DNA of 34,052 nucleotides, taken from NCBI RefSeq assembly GCF_004010195.1, contig NC_057720.1:9930385-9964436 (forward strand), read 5' to 3'. The translations under genes were made by a program, and so were the position numbers. Each line of letters starts with the position of its first letter. Within the stretch, counting starts at the first letter, position 1. The DNA comes from Chiloscyllium plagiosum. Its lineage: Eukaryota. This document shows positions 33,634 to 34,052 of this stretch, in pieces. The notes beneath the pieces were generated by a model that made no database searches, was not told the DNA's origin, and saw only the letters and a list, made by a program, of their open reading frames with translations.

Positions 33634-34052
33634 CGCTGCCTCTTACCTGCCCTCGATCTCTTCATAGCCAACTGCCGCCGCGACATTAACCGCCTCAACC
33701 TGTCCACCCCTCTTACCCACTCCAACCTCTCACCCTCGGAACATGCAGCCCTCCACTCCCTCCATTCCAATCCCAACCTCACTATCAAACTGGCAGACAA
33801 GGAAGGCGCGGTGGTAGTTTGGCGCACCAACCTTTACACCGCTGAGGCTAAACGCCAGCTCGCGGACACCTCCTCCTACTGCCCCTTTGACCATGACCCC
33901 ACCTCCCACCACCAAACCATCATCTCCCAGACCATCCATAACCTCATCTCCTCAGGGGATCTCCCATCCACCGCCTCCAACCTCATAGTCCCACAACCCC
34001 GCACCGCCCGTTTCTACCTCCTGCCCAAAATCCACAAACCTGACTGCCCCGG
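33634..34052 (+). mobile_element. PLE reverse transcriptase N-terminal region; open frame running off the right edge
   Basis: My translation from 33640: LLPALDLFIANCRRDINRL...SNLSPSEHAALHSL...TIKLADKEGAVVVW...RQLADTSSY...DPT...ARFYLLPKIHKPDCP. Contains the PLE DKG-like and LPKIHK motifs and has no stop; it is absent from the ORF track. Confidence 0.93.

Overview
Eukaryotic, repeat-saturated vertebrate DNA, most likely from a cartilaginous fish (shark). That assignment is inferred from an HE1-like V-SINE, HER1/CR1-like LINEs and abundant Penelope-like elements, recognised from memory rather than by search. The window is bracketed by two tandem arrays: a ~9 kb 20-bp minisatellite (1-9043, with a perfect 201-bp higher-order repeat at 1-2081) and a ~1.7 kb 27-29-bp minisatellite (31918-33633). 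Between them is a nested mosaic of truncated CR1 LINEs, a second LINE family, SINEs, a probable solo LTR and many Penelope-like element (PLE) fragments carrying RT or GIY-YIG domains. There are two assembly gaps. No recognisable host gene is present; three phase-compatible minus-strand exon candidates are tentative. The most interesting signal is in the short PLE terminal repeats. They carry decayed minimal hammerhead-ribozyme cores and recur as 160-230-bp head-to-head palindromic mini-elements, some with clean 13-14-bp target-site duplications, whose inversion point lies at or next to the hammerhead core.
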